Assembly (NCBI RefSeq): GCF_039654945.1
Contig: NW_027361707.1
Location: forward strand, 36,270,001-36,334,000
Reading direction: 5' to 3'
Source: Dendrobates tinctorius
Taxonomy: Eukaryota
DNA length: 64,000 bases
Made by a program: the position numbers and the translations under genes. Positions 51,795 through 63,434 of this stretch are shown one piece after another; within the stretch, counting starts at the first letter, position 1; every line of letters begins with the position of its first letter. The notes under the pieces are model-generated. The model was not told the DNA's origin, made no database searches, and was given only the letters and a program-made list of their open reading frames with translations.

Positions 51795-53301
51795 TTATAA
51801 CATAGACACAGCATTCTCTTGCCAAGAAGTTGCCCCCTCAGGTGAGATAATGTAATTCGTGAATATATCACGCACTTTGAGGCCAGAGAGCGGTCTACGT
51901 TGAGGGATTATAGGTGGTCTCACCCTGCGCACATTGTCCGGCCTACGCACAGCACCAGCCAAGGAGGAACAATCATGTATCCTGGTGAAGTTATGCAGAA
52001 CCACACAGGCTTTTACAACTTCATTAACATTTTTTTCACTCAGCTGAATGGCAGACTGGAGTACCAGCCATTTGGCACAAAGAATGCCAAAGGAACACTC
52101 CACCAGTCGCCTAGCACGTGATAGGCGCAAGTTAAAAATTCTGCGCCTGTGGTCCAGGTTGCGCCGGGGATATGGCCTTATGACATTGCGCGATAACTGA
52201 AAGGCCTCATCTGCCACAAGGACATAAGGGACTGATTGTTCGGGGGAGCCTGGTAGCTGGCGTGGTGGTGGTAGATCCAACTGGTTGGTGCGTAGCCGCT
52301 GAGCCATTATGGAAGTATTGAAGACTCTAGAGTCTCCCGTCCTTCCATAGGCCCCATTGTCAACAATTATAAACTTGTATTGAGGGTCTACCAGAGCCAA
52401 CAATACAACAGAAAAGTATTGTTTATGATTGAAGAATTGGGAGCCAGAGTTCGGTGGCTTACGCACCCGGATATGTTTGCCATCAAGGGCCCCAATACAA
52501 TTAGGAAACTGGCATTCCTCCTCAAAGTCCCTTGATATGCTCAACCAGTCTTCCATCCTGGGCTCGGGCATGACGACTTGATGGAGTCTTGTCCAGATTT
52601 CTTTATATGTTGACCTGACTATGCCAGAAATGGTAGATCTTCCAATGAGAAACTCATGGTGGAGGGCGACATAAGACAGGCCAGTGGCCAGGAAGCTGAA
52701 GAACAACAGAAATGGATAATTTTAGAATGCAGAAAGTCCAAAAAAATCAGTTACATGCCGACCAAACTTGGTAGGAATTGAGATAGACTAACACACACAT
52801 ATTTGGTTGCACAATGACTAAGTGATATGCAGTACATATTAGAGCTAACATTCTGGTCTGTATATGTGGACTAAGATGAGGGCATTAAACTTAGTCCAAT
52901 AAGCCAAAAATACATACTTTGACCCACACATCTTGAACATAGAGAATGTGGTTGTGTAGTACATACCGTATTGTGAGTAGAATTCGCTCCTCTGCAGATA
53001 TAGCTTTGCGCATCCTTGTGTCCTGAAAGGTTATCCCAGGGCGCACTGTCTCCAAGAGTCGATCAAATGTGGAAATGCTCATGCGACAGTACTGGTAAAA
53101 TTTCTCCGGATGCTCCTGCAGAGAAGAATAGAGGCGGTGAAAATGACCTCTTGTGAGTTGTTCCCTCAAAAGTGGATAGACCCACATGCATCTCCTCCTC
53201 TGCGGATCCACTATCACTGGGTATGGGTGACCAGTGCGGCGTGACAAAAGCCAGTTGAAGAGAACCTGCTCAGTTGTGTTGAAACTCAGACCCTCTGCCA
53301 T
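51795..53301 (-). CDS. Harbinger (HARBI1-like) DDE transposase; 2 exons (53301-52967, 52695-51795); 411 aa; open frame
   Basis: ATA CG|gtatgt..ttcag|C TTC CTG GCC ACT GGC gives 'TIRFLATG'. Motifs 'FPNCIGALDGKH', 'LVADEAF', 'SRARRLVECSFG'. 335+901 = 1236 nt with no internal stop. Confidence 0.9.
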
Positions 53302-54241
53302 GTTGCACATACAACAGCAACACACCTAGTGAAGGCAAGGTCACAAATGGATAGAATGGAGGCAGCCACCTGTTCCTGAGGCAATAAATAGGGTGCAGAC
53401 TAATTATTTAAATAGTTAGCAGGCCTCAAAACCGTTAAATGTCCATTTTGCAAGGCTGCGAGAAAATCTCAGCGTACGGATTCAATACGGATGCCATACG
53501 GATTACATACGGATGCAGACATGCGCAAAATACGCAACCACACCTTGCTTACGGATGACATACGGAGCACTATTTAGGGGTCATTCATCCGTATACGCCT
53601 GTAAACTACGGACCGTATTTTGCGTCGGTTAGTGTGACCCCGGCCTTGTTCTCCTACTTCACAATCCAGAACTCTGTAGACCACACACAGAGGACAGGAG
53701 AGTGCGAAGATCACTGCTTCCCCTTCCATCCTTGCGTTTTCCTTGGGTGAAGAGTTAGGGTAGGTGCAGACGAGCGTATTTGCTGTCTGAGCGTGATCTG
53801 ACAAAACATAGGATCAGACCCAGGCCAATGTTATTCTCTGAGGTCAAGCACATGTCCGATTTTTTTCCTTGGAGACTGTCCCAGGAATAAAACACTTCAT
53901 ACCCGAATTTGATCCAATATTCAGATTACATCTGAGTGCAGTTCCAATTCTGTACACTGACACAATGAAGAAACTGAGGAGAAGATGGAGAAAAATTCAG
54001 ATCACACCCTGATCAGAGTTCCATTTGCATAATTGACCCAATTCTCTCAGATGGGAGAATACATGGTCGTCTGCACCTGCCCTTATAATGAGTGATCAAC
54101 TGCACAAAATTACACCTTTCCAAACAGGCGATCTTTTTTATTTTGTTTTTTTTTTTTATCATCCTTTTCTTACAAGAGCTTTTTTGGTAGCTTTATGAGG
54201 CTTGCTGTAGTTTTGGATGACACCATTCACATTTCTATATG

Positions 54242-54434
54242 CAGTTGTGGCCAGAAAGTGTTGGCACCCTTGAAATTGTTCCAGAAAATGAAGTATTTCT
54301 CCCATAAAATTATTACATTTACGTGTGTTTTGTAATGCACATGTTAATTTCCTTTGTATTGGAACAACACAAAAAAAAAAATCTGAAAAAAAGGCAAATT
54401 TGGCATAAGGGTGCCAACACTTTCAGCCATGACA
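54242..54434. mobile_element. Short Tc1-type MITE remnant
   Basis: AAAGTGTTGGCACCCTT / AAGGGTGCCAACACTTT inverted ends. Confidence 0.7.
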
Positions 54435-54730
54435 GTATGTATTGAAAAACAGGAGAAAAAAAAGTGACACCGACCAAACTCTAATGAAAAATGGGAATCA
54501 TACACTAATGAACCCCGGTACAGAAACGGAAGCCAACGCAAAACGCAAGTTGGGGCTGCATGTTCCGGGACCCTGTGAAGGGGGACTATGGGTAAGAGTG
54601 GCTTTGCCATTATTTTTTATATTACTTTGCACTTTTTTGGATATTTTTGCTCTCAGTGGCTCTATGTAGCCATTAGGGAGCCCTTATAATTACCTCGCAT
54701 TGGTCTATTTTGACCTGGGTGTTTAATTAA

Positions 54731-57700
54731 CCCCTTAAGCCCCAAGGGTCATTTGCACGTTCATGACCGGGCCAATTTTTATAATTCTGACCACTGTCCC
54801 TTTATGAGGTTATAACTCTGAAACGTTTCCATGGATCCCAGTGATTCTGACATTGTTTTCTTGTGACATATTGTACTTCATGATAGTGGTAAAATTTCAT
54901 TCATATAACTTGCGTTTATTTGTGAAAAAAACAGAAATTTGGCGAAAATTTTGAAAATTTCGCAATTTTTCAAATTTGAATTGTTATGCCCTTAAATCAC
55001 AGAGATACGGCACACAAAAAACTTAATAAATAACATTTCCCACATGTTTACTTTACATCAGCACAATTTTGGAACCAAAATTTTTTTTTTTTAGGAAGTT
55101 ATAAGGGTTAAAAAATTGACCAGCGATTTCTCATTTTTGCAGCACCATTTTATTTTTACGGACCACATCACATTTGAAGCCACTTTGAGGGGTCTATATG
55201 ATAGAAAATACCCATAAGTGACACCATTCTAAAAACTGCACCCCTTAAGGTGCTCAAAACCACATTCAAGAAGTTTATTAACCCTTTAGGTGCATCACAG
55301 GAATTTTTTGAATATTTAAAAAAAATGAACATTTAACTTTTTTTCACAAAAAAAATACTTCAGGTTCAATTTTTTTTATTTTACCAAGGGTAACAGGAGA
55401 AATTGGACTGCAAAAGTTATTGTGCAATTTGTCCTGAGTACGCTGATACCTGATATGTTGGGGGGAACCACTGTTTCGGCGCATGGCAGACCTCAGAAGG
55501 GAAGGAGCGCTGTTTGACTTTTTCAATGCAAAATAGGCTGGAATTCAGATCTGACGCCATGTCACATTTGGAGAGCCCCTGATGTACCTAAACAGTGGAA
55601 ACCCCCACAAGTGACCCCATTTTGGAAACTAGACCCCCCAAGGAACTTATCTAGATATGTGGTGAGAACTTTGAACCCACAAGGGCTTCACAGAAGTTTA
55701 TAACGTACAGCGATACAATTAAAAAAATCATATTTTTTCCACAAAAATGATCTTTTCACCACCCCCAATTTTTATTTTTCCAAGGGTAACAGGACCCTAA
55801 AAGTTATTGTGCAATTTGTCCTGAGTACGCTGATACCCCATATGTGGGTGTAAATGACAATTTGGGTGCATGGCAGAGCTCGGAAGGGAAGCAGCGCCAT
55901 TTGACGTTTTTGGCTGGAATTCAGATCAGACACCATGTCGCGATTGGAAAACCCCTGATGTACCAAAACAGTGGAAACCCCCCACAAATGACACCATTTT
56001 GGAAACTAGACCCCCTAAGGAACTTATCTAGATGTGTGGTGAGCACTTTGAACCCCCAAGTGCTTCACAGAAGTTTATAACGCCTGGGCGTGAAAATAAA
56101 AAAATCATTTTTTTCCACAAAAATGATATTTTTGCCCCCAATTATTTATTTTTAGGGTAACAGGAGAAATTGGACCCCAAAAGTTGTTTTGCAATTTGTC
56201 CTGAGTAGGCTGATACCCTATATGTGGGGGTAAAAGACTGTTTGGGCGCATGGCAGAGCTTGGAAGGGAAGGAGCACAATTTGACTTTTTCAACACAGAA
56301 TTGGCTGGAATTGAGATCAGACGCCATGTTGCATTTGGAGAGCCCCTGATGTGCGCAAATAGTGGAAACCCCCAATTCTAACCCTAACCCCAACACACCC
56401 CTAACCCTAATCTCAGCCCTAACCCTAACCCTAGCCCTAGCCCTAACCCTATCCCTAACCATAGCCCTAACCCTAACCCTAACCCTTGCCCTAACCCTAA
56501 TGGAAAAATGGAAATAAATACATTTTTTTAATTTTATTTTTCCCTAACTAAGGGGGTGATAACGGGGGGTTTGATTTACTATTTATGGCGGTTTTTATTT
56601 TTGGCAGCTGTCGCACGCTAAAAGACGCTTTTTATTGTAAAAATAGTTTTTGCATCACCACATATTGAGAGCTATAATTTTTCCGTATTTTGACCCACCG
56701 AGTCATGTGAGATCTTATTTTTTGCGGGACGAGTTGACGTTTTTATTGGTACCATTTTCGGGCACATGACTTATTTTATCACTTTTAGTCCGATTTTTGG
56801 GATGCAGAATGAACAAAAACCAGCGTTTCATGAATTTCTTTTGGGGGGGTGCGTTTACACCGTTCTGTGTGCAGTAAAATTGATAAAGCGGTTTTATTCT
56901 TCGGGTCAGTACGGTTACAGCGATACCTCATTTAGGTCTTTTTTTATGTTTTGTCAGTTTTATGCAATGAAAACTATTTTATATAAAAAATAATTATTTT
57001 TGCATCGCTTTATTCTGCGAGCTATAACTTTTTTATTTTTTTGCTGATGATGCTGTATGGTGGCTCGTTTCTTGCGGGACAAGATGACGTTTTCAGCGGT
57101 ACCATGGATATTTATATGCGTCTTTTTGATCGCGTGTTATTACACTTTTTGTTTGGCGGTATGATAATAAATCTTTATTTTTTGCTTCGTTTTTTATTTT
57201 GATTTTTTAAGGGGTTCACTAAAGGGGTTAACTAATGGGACAGTTTTATAGGGCGGGTCGTTTCGGACGCGGCGATGCCAAATATGTGTACTTTTATTGT
57301 TTGGTTATTTTTATTTTCAAAAAAAGAATTTATTGGGGAATATTTTTTTTTTACTAATTTATTTAGCGATTATTTTTAAATTATTTTTACACTTTTTTTT
57401 TAACTTTATTACATTGTCCCAGTTGGGACATCACTGTCCTGTGACAGATCGCTGATCTGTCACATCGCAGATCACTGTGACAGATCAGCGATCTGTCACA
57501 GGCACTGCTGCAGACTTCCTCATGCCTGCGCTTTGCAGGCAGTGAGGAAGTCAGCTCCCTACAGGCCCCCGAAGGTCCCCGTCGCCATATTGGATCCGGG
57601 GACCTGTAGGGAAAGAGCCCCCCGCATCAGTGCTGCACATTGCGCTGCCGTGGGGGGCTCAGGGAAGCACGGAGGGAGCCCCCTCCCTGCTGATGCTTTC

Positions 57701-57883
57701 CTTTAATCCCCGGTACACTGCGATCGTGTTTGATTGCGGTGTACAAGGGGTTAACGTGTTGGGGGCAGTCACATTGTGCCGGGTGTTAGCTGTGATAATC
57801 AGCTGACACCTGGCCGTGGGCGCCGCTGATTGCTATGACGTACTATCCCGTCCCAGGGAATTAAGTCTCATGGCAGAAAGGGG
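54731..57883. mobile_element. Non-coding piggyBac-ended element, copy 2, with 3 internal repeats and a telomere-like tract
   Basis: TTAA-CCCCTT...AAGGGG-TTAA. Same orientation and organisation as 46807-51618. Confidence 0.85.
56376..56500. repeat. Degenerate (CCCTAA)n interstitial telomere-like tract
   Basis: CCCTAA units mixed with CCCTAG, CCCTAT and CCATAG variants. Confidence 0.92.
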
Positions 57884-58420
57884 TTAAACGTTACTCTATT
57901 TGCACTTTATTACCTTCCTGTCTGTAATATCCATTGAGTGTACTTATACATTTTCTTGCACTGTTTGGCGGTTACTATGATTGATTTTATAATTATAAGT
58001 TGCTACTCTCCCACCTCTATATATTTATAATGCCAGGCCCGGTGTAACACACCTATTTGTCCGTCTCTCCCCTCTGTTCATGAACTTTATGATTATGTAT
58101 TTATGACATCATATGATATTGTATTTCATAAATAAAATATTGTATTTTTATATACTTAGGATGTACACTCTGTGTTTTTGGCATACTAATGAAACCCGGA
58201 CTGCTTTCTGCATTAAAGAAAACTCCCTGATGTGTGAAGGAGGCCTTACTCAATCAGCAATAGACACAGAGGCTATAAAGGCAAACGGGGCAGCGTATTC
58301 AATAAAACACAATTCCAAATATGAATTTTAGCCATAATTATATAAATTTAAGCAAGGGAATAATTTTTCCCTGAAGGTGGACACTCCCTTTAATTTTAGA
58401 TCCTTTGAGGTTTTGCTTTA

Positions 58421-58617
58421 GGCCGGGATCACACACACAGCGAGATACGGCCAAGTCTCGCAGGTTAAGAACAAGCTCTGGCGCCGGCACTCCGGAGCGG
58501 AGCGTGCAGCCGCACAGTAATACATGGAGCTGCACGCTCCGCTCCGGAGTGCCGGCACCAGAGCTTGGTCTTAACCTGCGAGACTCGGCCGTATCTCGCT
58601 GTAGTGTGACTCCGGCC
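58421..58617. mobile_element. Harbinger-type palindromic MITE
   Basis: GGCCGGGATCACAC...GTGTGACTCCGGCC, nearly fully palindromic, with TTA TSD. Confidence 0.92.
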
Positions 58618-59399
58618 TTAGGCCTCATTCAGACTTCTGTTTCTCTCGTACATGTGCGCCATGTGTTTTTCTGATAGAACGTGTCCCCCTTATACTCTGC
58701 TCACATGTCCATTTTTTGCCGAATGATTGTCTGTTAAAAAAAAACACAAAAAAAACCACTGAGACGTCAGAATTTATCCTAATTTGTGGATCGACCTTTA
58801 CTATCAGTATGTGAAAAGAGAAAACCGCACGGCACAATGGCCGCCTCCTAGTTGCACCCCAGTGACGTCTGCTTTTCTCTGTCTACGAGAAGTTTGAGAA
58901 ACCTCTACAAGTGTTGTTTTTTACATATCATGAAATCTAAATTCTGATGGAGCTTTTTAAGGACGTCAAAAACAACAAATTTTTCAAGTGGAACCGCTTC
59001 AGGAAAAACTCCTTTTTTGGGGAGGTTTTTATTATCCAGTATAGTGTGTGTATATATATATATATTATAATATGAAATGTTTTTTTTCAGCTGTTTTACT
59101 TGATGTGTAAAATTCGGAGTGGATTCCAGAAGATATTCGCCTCAGAGAGGTGACATGTAGCCGAAGAGGAAGAAAATGCTCAAAAACAAGATTTGAACAG
59201 CAGGGTGGCTTAACATTGATGGGTAAGCTCTGACCCAGTACAGTGATGGAGAGCGGTCTGCTTTTATTGTTTTTTATTCTTCACATATGAGAAAGGAAAC
59301 AGACGTGAGACTGAGACCTCAGAACAGTTTGTAGATCTTCTTAGAGCCTTGCAGTATGATGTACCGCCACAAGGTGGCACCCATGAGCTGTGATAGGTT

Positions 59400-59543
59400 T
59401 CTGCTGCCTGTGGCTGACGTCAATGCAGGGAGGCCGGGCGTCGTGGCTCCGTGTGATGACGTCCTCATCCTGGGTCTCTGTGCACATGTGCGGGGCACCA
59501 GCTGAGCCTCAGTGACAGCTACTGCCACTCCAGAGCGGAGATC
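59400..59543 (+). promoter_or_regulatory. CpG-rich LAP3 proximal promoter / 5' UTR
   Basis: Perfect CRE TGACGTCA at 59415-59422 and TGACGTCC at about 59457. GC-rich and directly upstream of the ATG. Confidence 0.6.
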
Positions 59544-59642
59544 ATGCTGCAGCCCCTCAGAGCGGCGCTCCACAGCAGTGTGCACAGGAGCTGCTGCAGA
59601 GCGTTCTCCGTGTCTGCACGTTCCTACAACTCTGGGCGCAAG
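59544..59642 (+). CDS. LAP3: Leucine aminopeptidase 3, coding exon 1 (99 bp), mitochondrial presequence-like
   Basis: ATC ATG..CGC AAG|gtaaaa. Translates as MLQPLRAALHSSVHRSCCRAFSVSARSYNSGRK (Arg/Ser-rich, no acidic residues). Phase 0 fits exon 2, and the position is syntenic. Confidence 0.82.
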
Positions 59643-60224
59643 GTAAAACCCCGCTATAACGCGAGCCGCCCTCATCTCGCCCCTTGCTATAGGTTCCTTT
59701 AACCTGTTCACGTCTGCACACATCTGTGTCATGCCCTGGCTGTATCTGTGCTGTTCCTCTGTGCAGTATACGGTGGAGGATGGCGCTGCGGCTGGCGTAT
59801 TAGGGCGCTCCGACCGCCGGCAGCTTTTTTTTTTGCCCTCTTGATCTGACTGATCAAACTCAACCGTGGGTCTGTTATAAAAACACGAAAAACCTCTCGG
59901 CTGCCCCCCGACCATAGGTAATAATGGCAACAGAATTTATTTCCCATGGCTCATAAATGGCTGAGAATTGGATCCAATACACTGGTTACATTTTTGGCTC
60001 CCCGGATTTGCTGCTAGCGCCATGTTCTGAAGCCGTGTGCATGGCCCACCGCACCTTCCACCATTTGTTACCTCTGTGATATAGATGTTTCCTTTCCCTC
60101 CCAGAAGCCGTGGTGGTGGGGGAGCATGAAGAAGCCTCGGAGTGGTATGGGGGCCATTATGGCGCCATATTACACATCGCGGAGCCGTACTGCGGCCTCA
60201 GCTATTTCCATCTTTCTGCTTTAG

Positions 60225-60340
60225 GGCCTTGTTCTCGGTGTATATGATAAGAATAAGGAGGATGAAAGTCTCCCCCTGAGCCGGGCCGCAGACAGGTTCG
60301 ACAATGCTGTTTCAGGAAAACTGCGACTTCAGCTGACAAG
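60225..60340 (+). CDS. LAP3: Leucine aminopeptidase 3, coding exon 2 (116 bp)
   Basis: ctttag|GGC CTT GTT CTC GGT..ACA AG|gtagaa. Translates as GLVLGVYDKNKEDESLPLSRAADRFDNAVSGKLRLQLT. Confidence 0.92.
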
Positions 60341-60423
60341 GTAGAAATCCAATGTTATCCGTGTATAACGCAGACTGTTCCCACCCCATCGCCCCCATAG
60401 TAATCCATGGTCTTCCTTTACAG

Positions 60424-60478
60424 GTCCGGGCCTGCACTGAAGAAGGGGAAGACGCGAGTGTTTTATGGTTTGCATGAG
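60424..60478 (+). CDS. LAP3: Leucine aminopeptidase 3, coding exon 3 (55 bp), probable GC donor
   Basis: ttacag|G TCC GGG CCT..CAT GAG|gcacgt. Translates as SGPALKKGKTRVFYGLHE. Confidence 0.9.
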
Positions 60479-61021
60479 GCACGTTCTCATTATTACTATG
60501 TGATGTGTAATTATCTGGTAATATAGCGGGAAAGATGAATGAGTATTATGAGGGTCCCGCTGTTTTGTGTATAAAGCCTTTATGCAGCCCTATGTGTCGC
60601 CATGGCTACACCCTGTCCTATAGTTGTGTATTACCCCTGTCCATCTGCTGCCATTTTTTGTATGTAGGTCAGGGGAAGGACGGGGTGTAGACAGCACTTA
60701 TATGTGGGTTTACATTCTGCCGTATCATTACTATGTCAGGGTTGAGTAACTTATCCCAAGCGGTGACATGAGACTGGCTGAGTAGGGCCGAACCAATAGA
60801 CTAAAACTAATTCTGTTCAATGTTAATATATTTTTGTTAATTTTATCATTTAATATTGAGCAGAATTAAGTATGTCTGGCTGTTACTGCTATTACATGTT
60901 AGGATTGGGATTACTGTAAGGTTTACGCTTATCAGTAACCGCTAATCACAACCATATACATCACTGTTTTCTATAATCATACATATCCAATTCAGCTTTT
61001 TTGCCATGATCAATAGCAACC

Positions 61022-61860
61022 CCCCGACGCTCAGTATGATGTGCCCCTCGCCACCATGCCCAACGCTCAGTATGATGTGCCCCTTGCCACCATGCCCAAC
61101 GCTCAGTATGATGTGCCCCTTGCCACCATGCCCAACGCTCAGTATGATGTGCCCCTTGCCACCATGCCCAACGCTCAGTATGATGTGCCCCTTGCCACCA
61201 TGCCCAACGCTCAGTATGATGTGCCCCTTGCCACCATGCCCAACGCTCAGTATGATGTGCCCCTTGCCACCATGCCCAACGCTCAGTATGATGTGCCCCT
61301 TGCCACCATGCTCAGTATGATGTGCCCCTTGCCACCATGCTCAGTATGATGTGCCCCTTGCCACCATGCTCAGTATGATGTGCCCCTTGCCACCATGCTC
61401 AGTATGATGTGCCCCTTGCCACCATGCTCAGTATGATGTGCCCCTTGCCACCATGCTCAGTATGATGTGCCCCTTGCCACCATGCTCAGTATGATGTGCC
61501 CCTTGCCACCACGCTCAGTATGATGTGCCCCTCGCCAACACGCTCAGTATGATGTGCCCCTCGCCAACACGCTCAGTATGATGTGCCCCTCGCCAACACG
61601 CTCAGTATGATGTGCCCCTCGCCAACACGCTCAGTATGATGTGCCCCTCGCCAACACGCTCAGTATGATGTGCCCCTCGCCGACACGCTCCGTATGATGT
61701 GCCCCTCGCCACCATGCCCGACACGCTCAGTATGATGTGCCCCTCACCAACACGCTCAGTATGATGTGCCCCTCGCCACCATGCCCGACACGCTCAGTAT
61801 GATGTGCCCCTCGCCAACATGCCCCTCTCCAACACGCACAGTATGATGTGCCCCTCACAG
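61022..61860. repeat. Compound minisatellite (36-bp units, then 29-bp units) in LAP3 intron 3
   Basis: CCCAACGCTCAGTATGATGTGCCCCTTGCCACCATG about 8 times, then CTCAGTATGATGTGCCCCTTGCCACCATG about 7 times, then a ..CTCGCCAACACG variant about 6 times, then decayed units. Confidence 0.95.
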
Positions 61861-62608
61861 CTCTCCCCGACGCAGAGCATATGGGACCCCACAGCCCTTC
61901 CCCCCACAAGCAGTTTGATGGCCTCACACAGCATGATGGAGCCCTCCCTCCCACAGCATGGGGGATCCCACAAACCTTTTCAACACACAGCGAGAGGGAC
62001 CCTAAAGCACTGTCCTCCAAACACCGTGTGATGGCTTCCTCATAGTACAGCATGATGGATCCCCCAACCCTCCCCCACACAAAGTATGATGCCTCCCAGA
62101 CTTCCCTCACTCACAAGTGAATGACTACTCGCCTCGCCTTGTTTCTCCCATGTGCTTTGCTGTAAGTACTGAGGCTCAGTAACAGACATCTAGTAATGTC
62201 ATCTTGCCCGCTGCGCTGTCTCATTCTGACTGGTGGAGGAGGGAGCTGACTCTTGCCTGTTCGACCGTTGTGTTCAGCAGTATCTACACTCTGAGGATGC
62301 AGATAGTGTTATACTGTACTTGTGATGCTATGCCATACCAGGCCCCTCACCCTGCCACCCCCAACTCCTGGGCGGTACTCCGCTGATTCCATGCCTTTGG
62401 CTGTTCCAGTCCACACGAAACCGCCAAAGGGCTGCATGTGACCCACAGGCCGGCCACAGTTTGTCCTAAGTGAATGTACACTATGGCGGTGTCCTGACCA
62501 CATTTTATCTCGGCATTTGATGGGTCTGACCTATTTCTACGTACAATTGTACCCATGAGCTGTGAACAGAATTTCACCCCGTCATTAACAGGTCTCTTTC
62601 AATGGCAG

Positions 62609-62714
62609 GATTTCCCCAGTGTGGTGACGGTGGGGTTGGGGAAGCAGTCGCCAGGTGTCCACCAGCAGGAGCTCTGGAATGAAAGCAAGGAGAACATTAG
62701 GGCTGCGGTATCAG
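62609..62714 (+). CDS. LAP3: Leucine aminopeptidase 3, coding exon 4 (106 bp); the gene continues beyond the window
   Basis: tggcag|GAT TTC CCC AGT..GTA TCA G|gtaact. Translates as DFPSVVTVGLGKQSPGVHQQELWNESKENIRAAVS. Confidence 0.93.
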
Positions 62715-63434
62715 GTAACTTAGTGTGACCGGTCGTGGCTGTGGTTACCGCTGACCTTTGTATTTTTGGCAGTGATTCTCTTAATACTTCAGTAGTGAAC
62801 TAAAAGGAAAATGTACATCAGCTTATTAGTTAAAGGGAATGGCTAGACTTAGTCTTGTCACATCTGACACCCAGCAAATATTCTGCTTGGTCCTCCTTTT
62901 CTAATTAAAGGGGCTATTCACCTTTTGGGAACTTTTTTTTCCCTGCTCACGTGAAAATATCTGTGGCTAAAAAATCATTTTGAAATGGGTTTCATTAAAA
63001 GTTTTTCACCCTTTGACTTTTGAAGCCTCAGTGTTGCACGGCCTATTGCTTGCCGCCGGATGAGTTAACTGAGAATCTATCAGTGAGCTTGGTCTGAATG
63101 AATTCGTAACTTTTCTGAGTTCACTCATCTGATCTATAACCACAGACCACATCGAAATGTGAGAAAACCTAAGAGCCTGGAAAACCTAAACTGTGCACAA
63201 TGTTTAATTAAAAAAACGCAATGTAAAAAAGTATATTTTCTGCTCCAAATACATGTTTCTAAGCAAAAGAAACCCTATATCTGTTGCCGGTGTATGCAGC
63301 CAGAATTGACTATTGTTGATGCTGTAAATGGACCCATTTCTCATCCTGCTGCTTTATTTTTCTTTGCTATTGTGATTGTTAATTATGGCAAATAACTACA
63401 AATGTGAATAAAACCCCATTACACATTACTCTAA

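Larger units (their letters stand above)
43920..53645. mobile_element. Full-length PIF/Harbinger DNA transposon (two convergent genes) carrying a nested 4.8-kb insertion
   Basis: Perfect 16-bp TIR GGCCGGGGTCACACTA (43920-43935, 53630-53645) and 3-bp TSD TTG. Myb/SANT-like gene on +, DDE transposase on -. Confidence 0.95.

Noticed and set aside
54505-54560. Possible fourth hammerhead/Penelope remnant (CTAATGA..AAAACGCAAGTT)
   Set aside because: The core is mutated and no helices can be drawn.
56376-56500. True telomere or chromosome-fusion scar
   Set aside because: Short, degenerate, single orientation, and embedded at the same position in two transposon copies.
59319-59930. 203-aa minus-strand ORF
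   Set aside because: Antisense to the GC-rich LAP3 promoter and exon 1, non-ATG start, no domain; expected in stop-poor GC-rich DNA.
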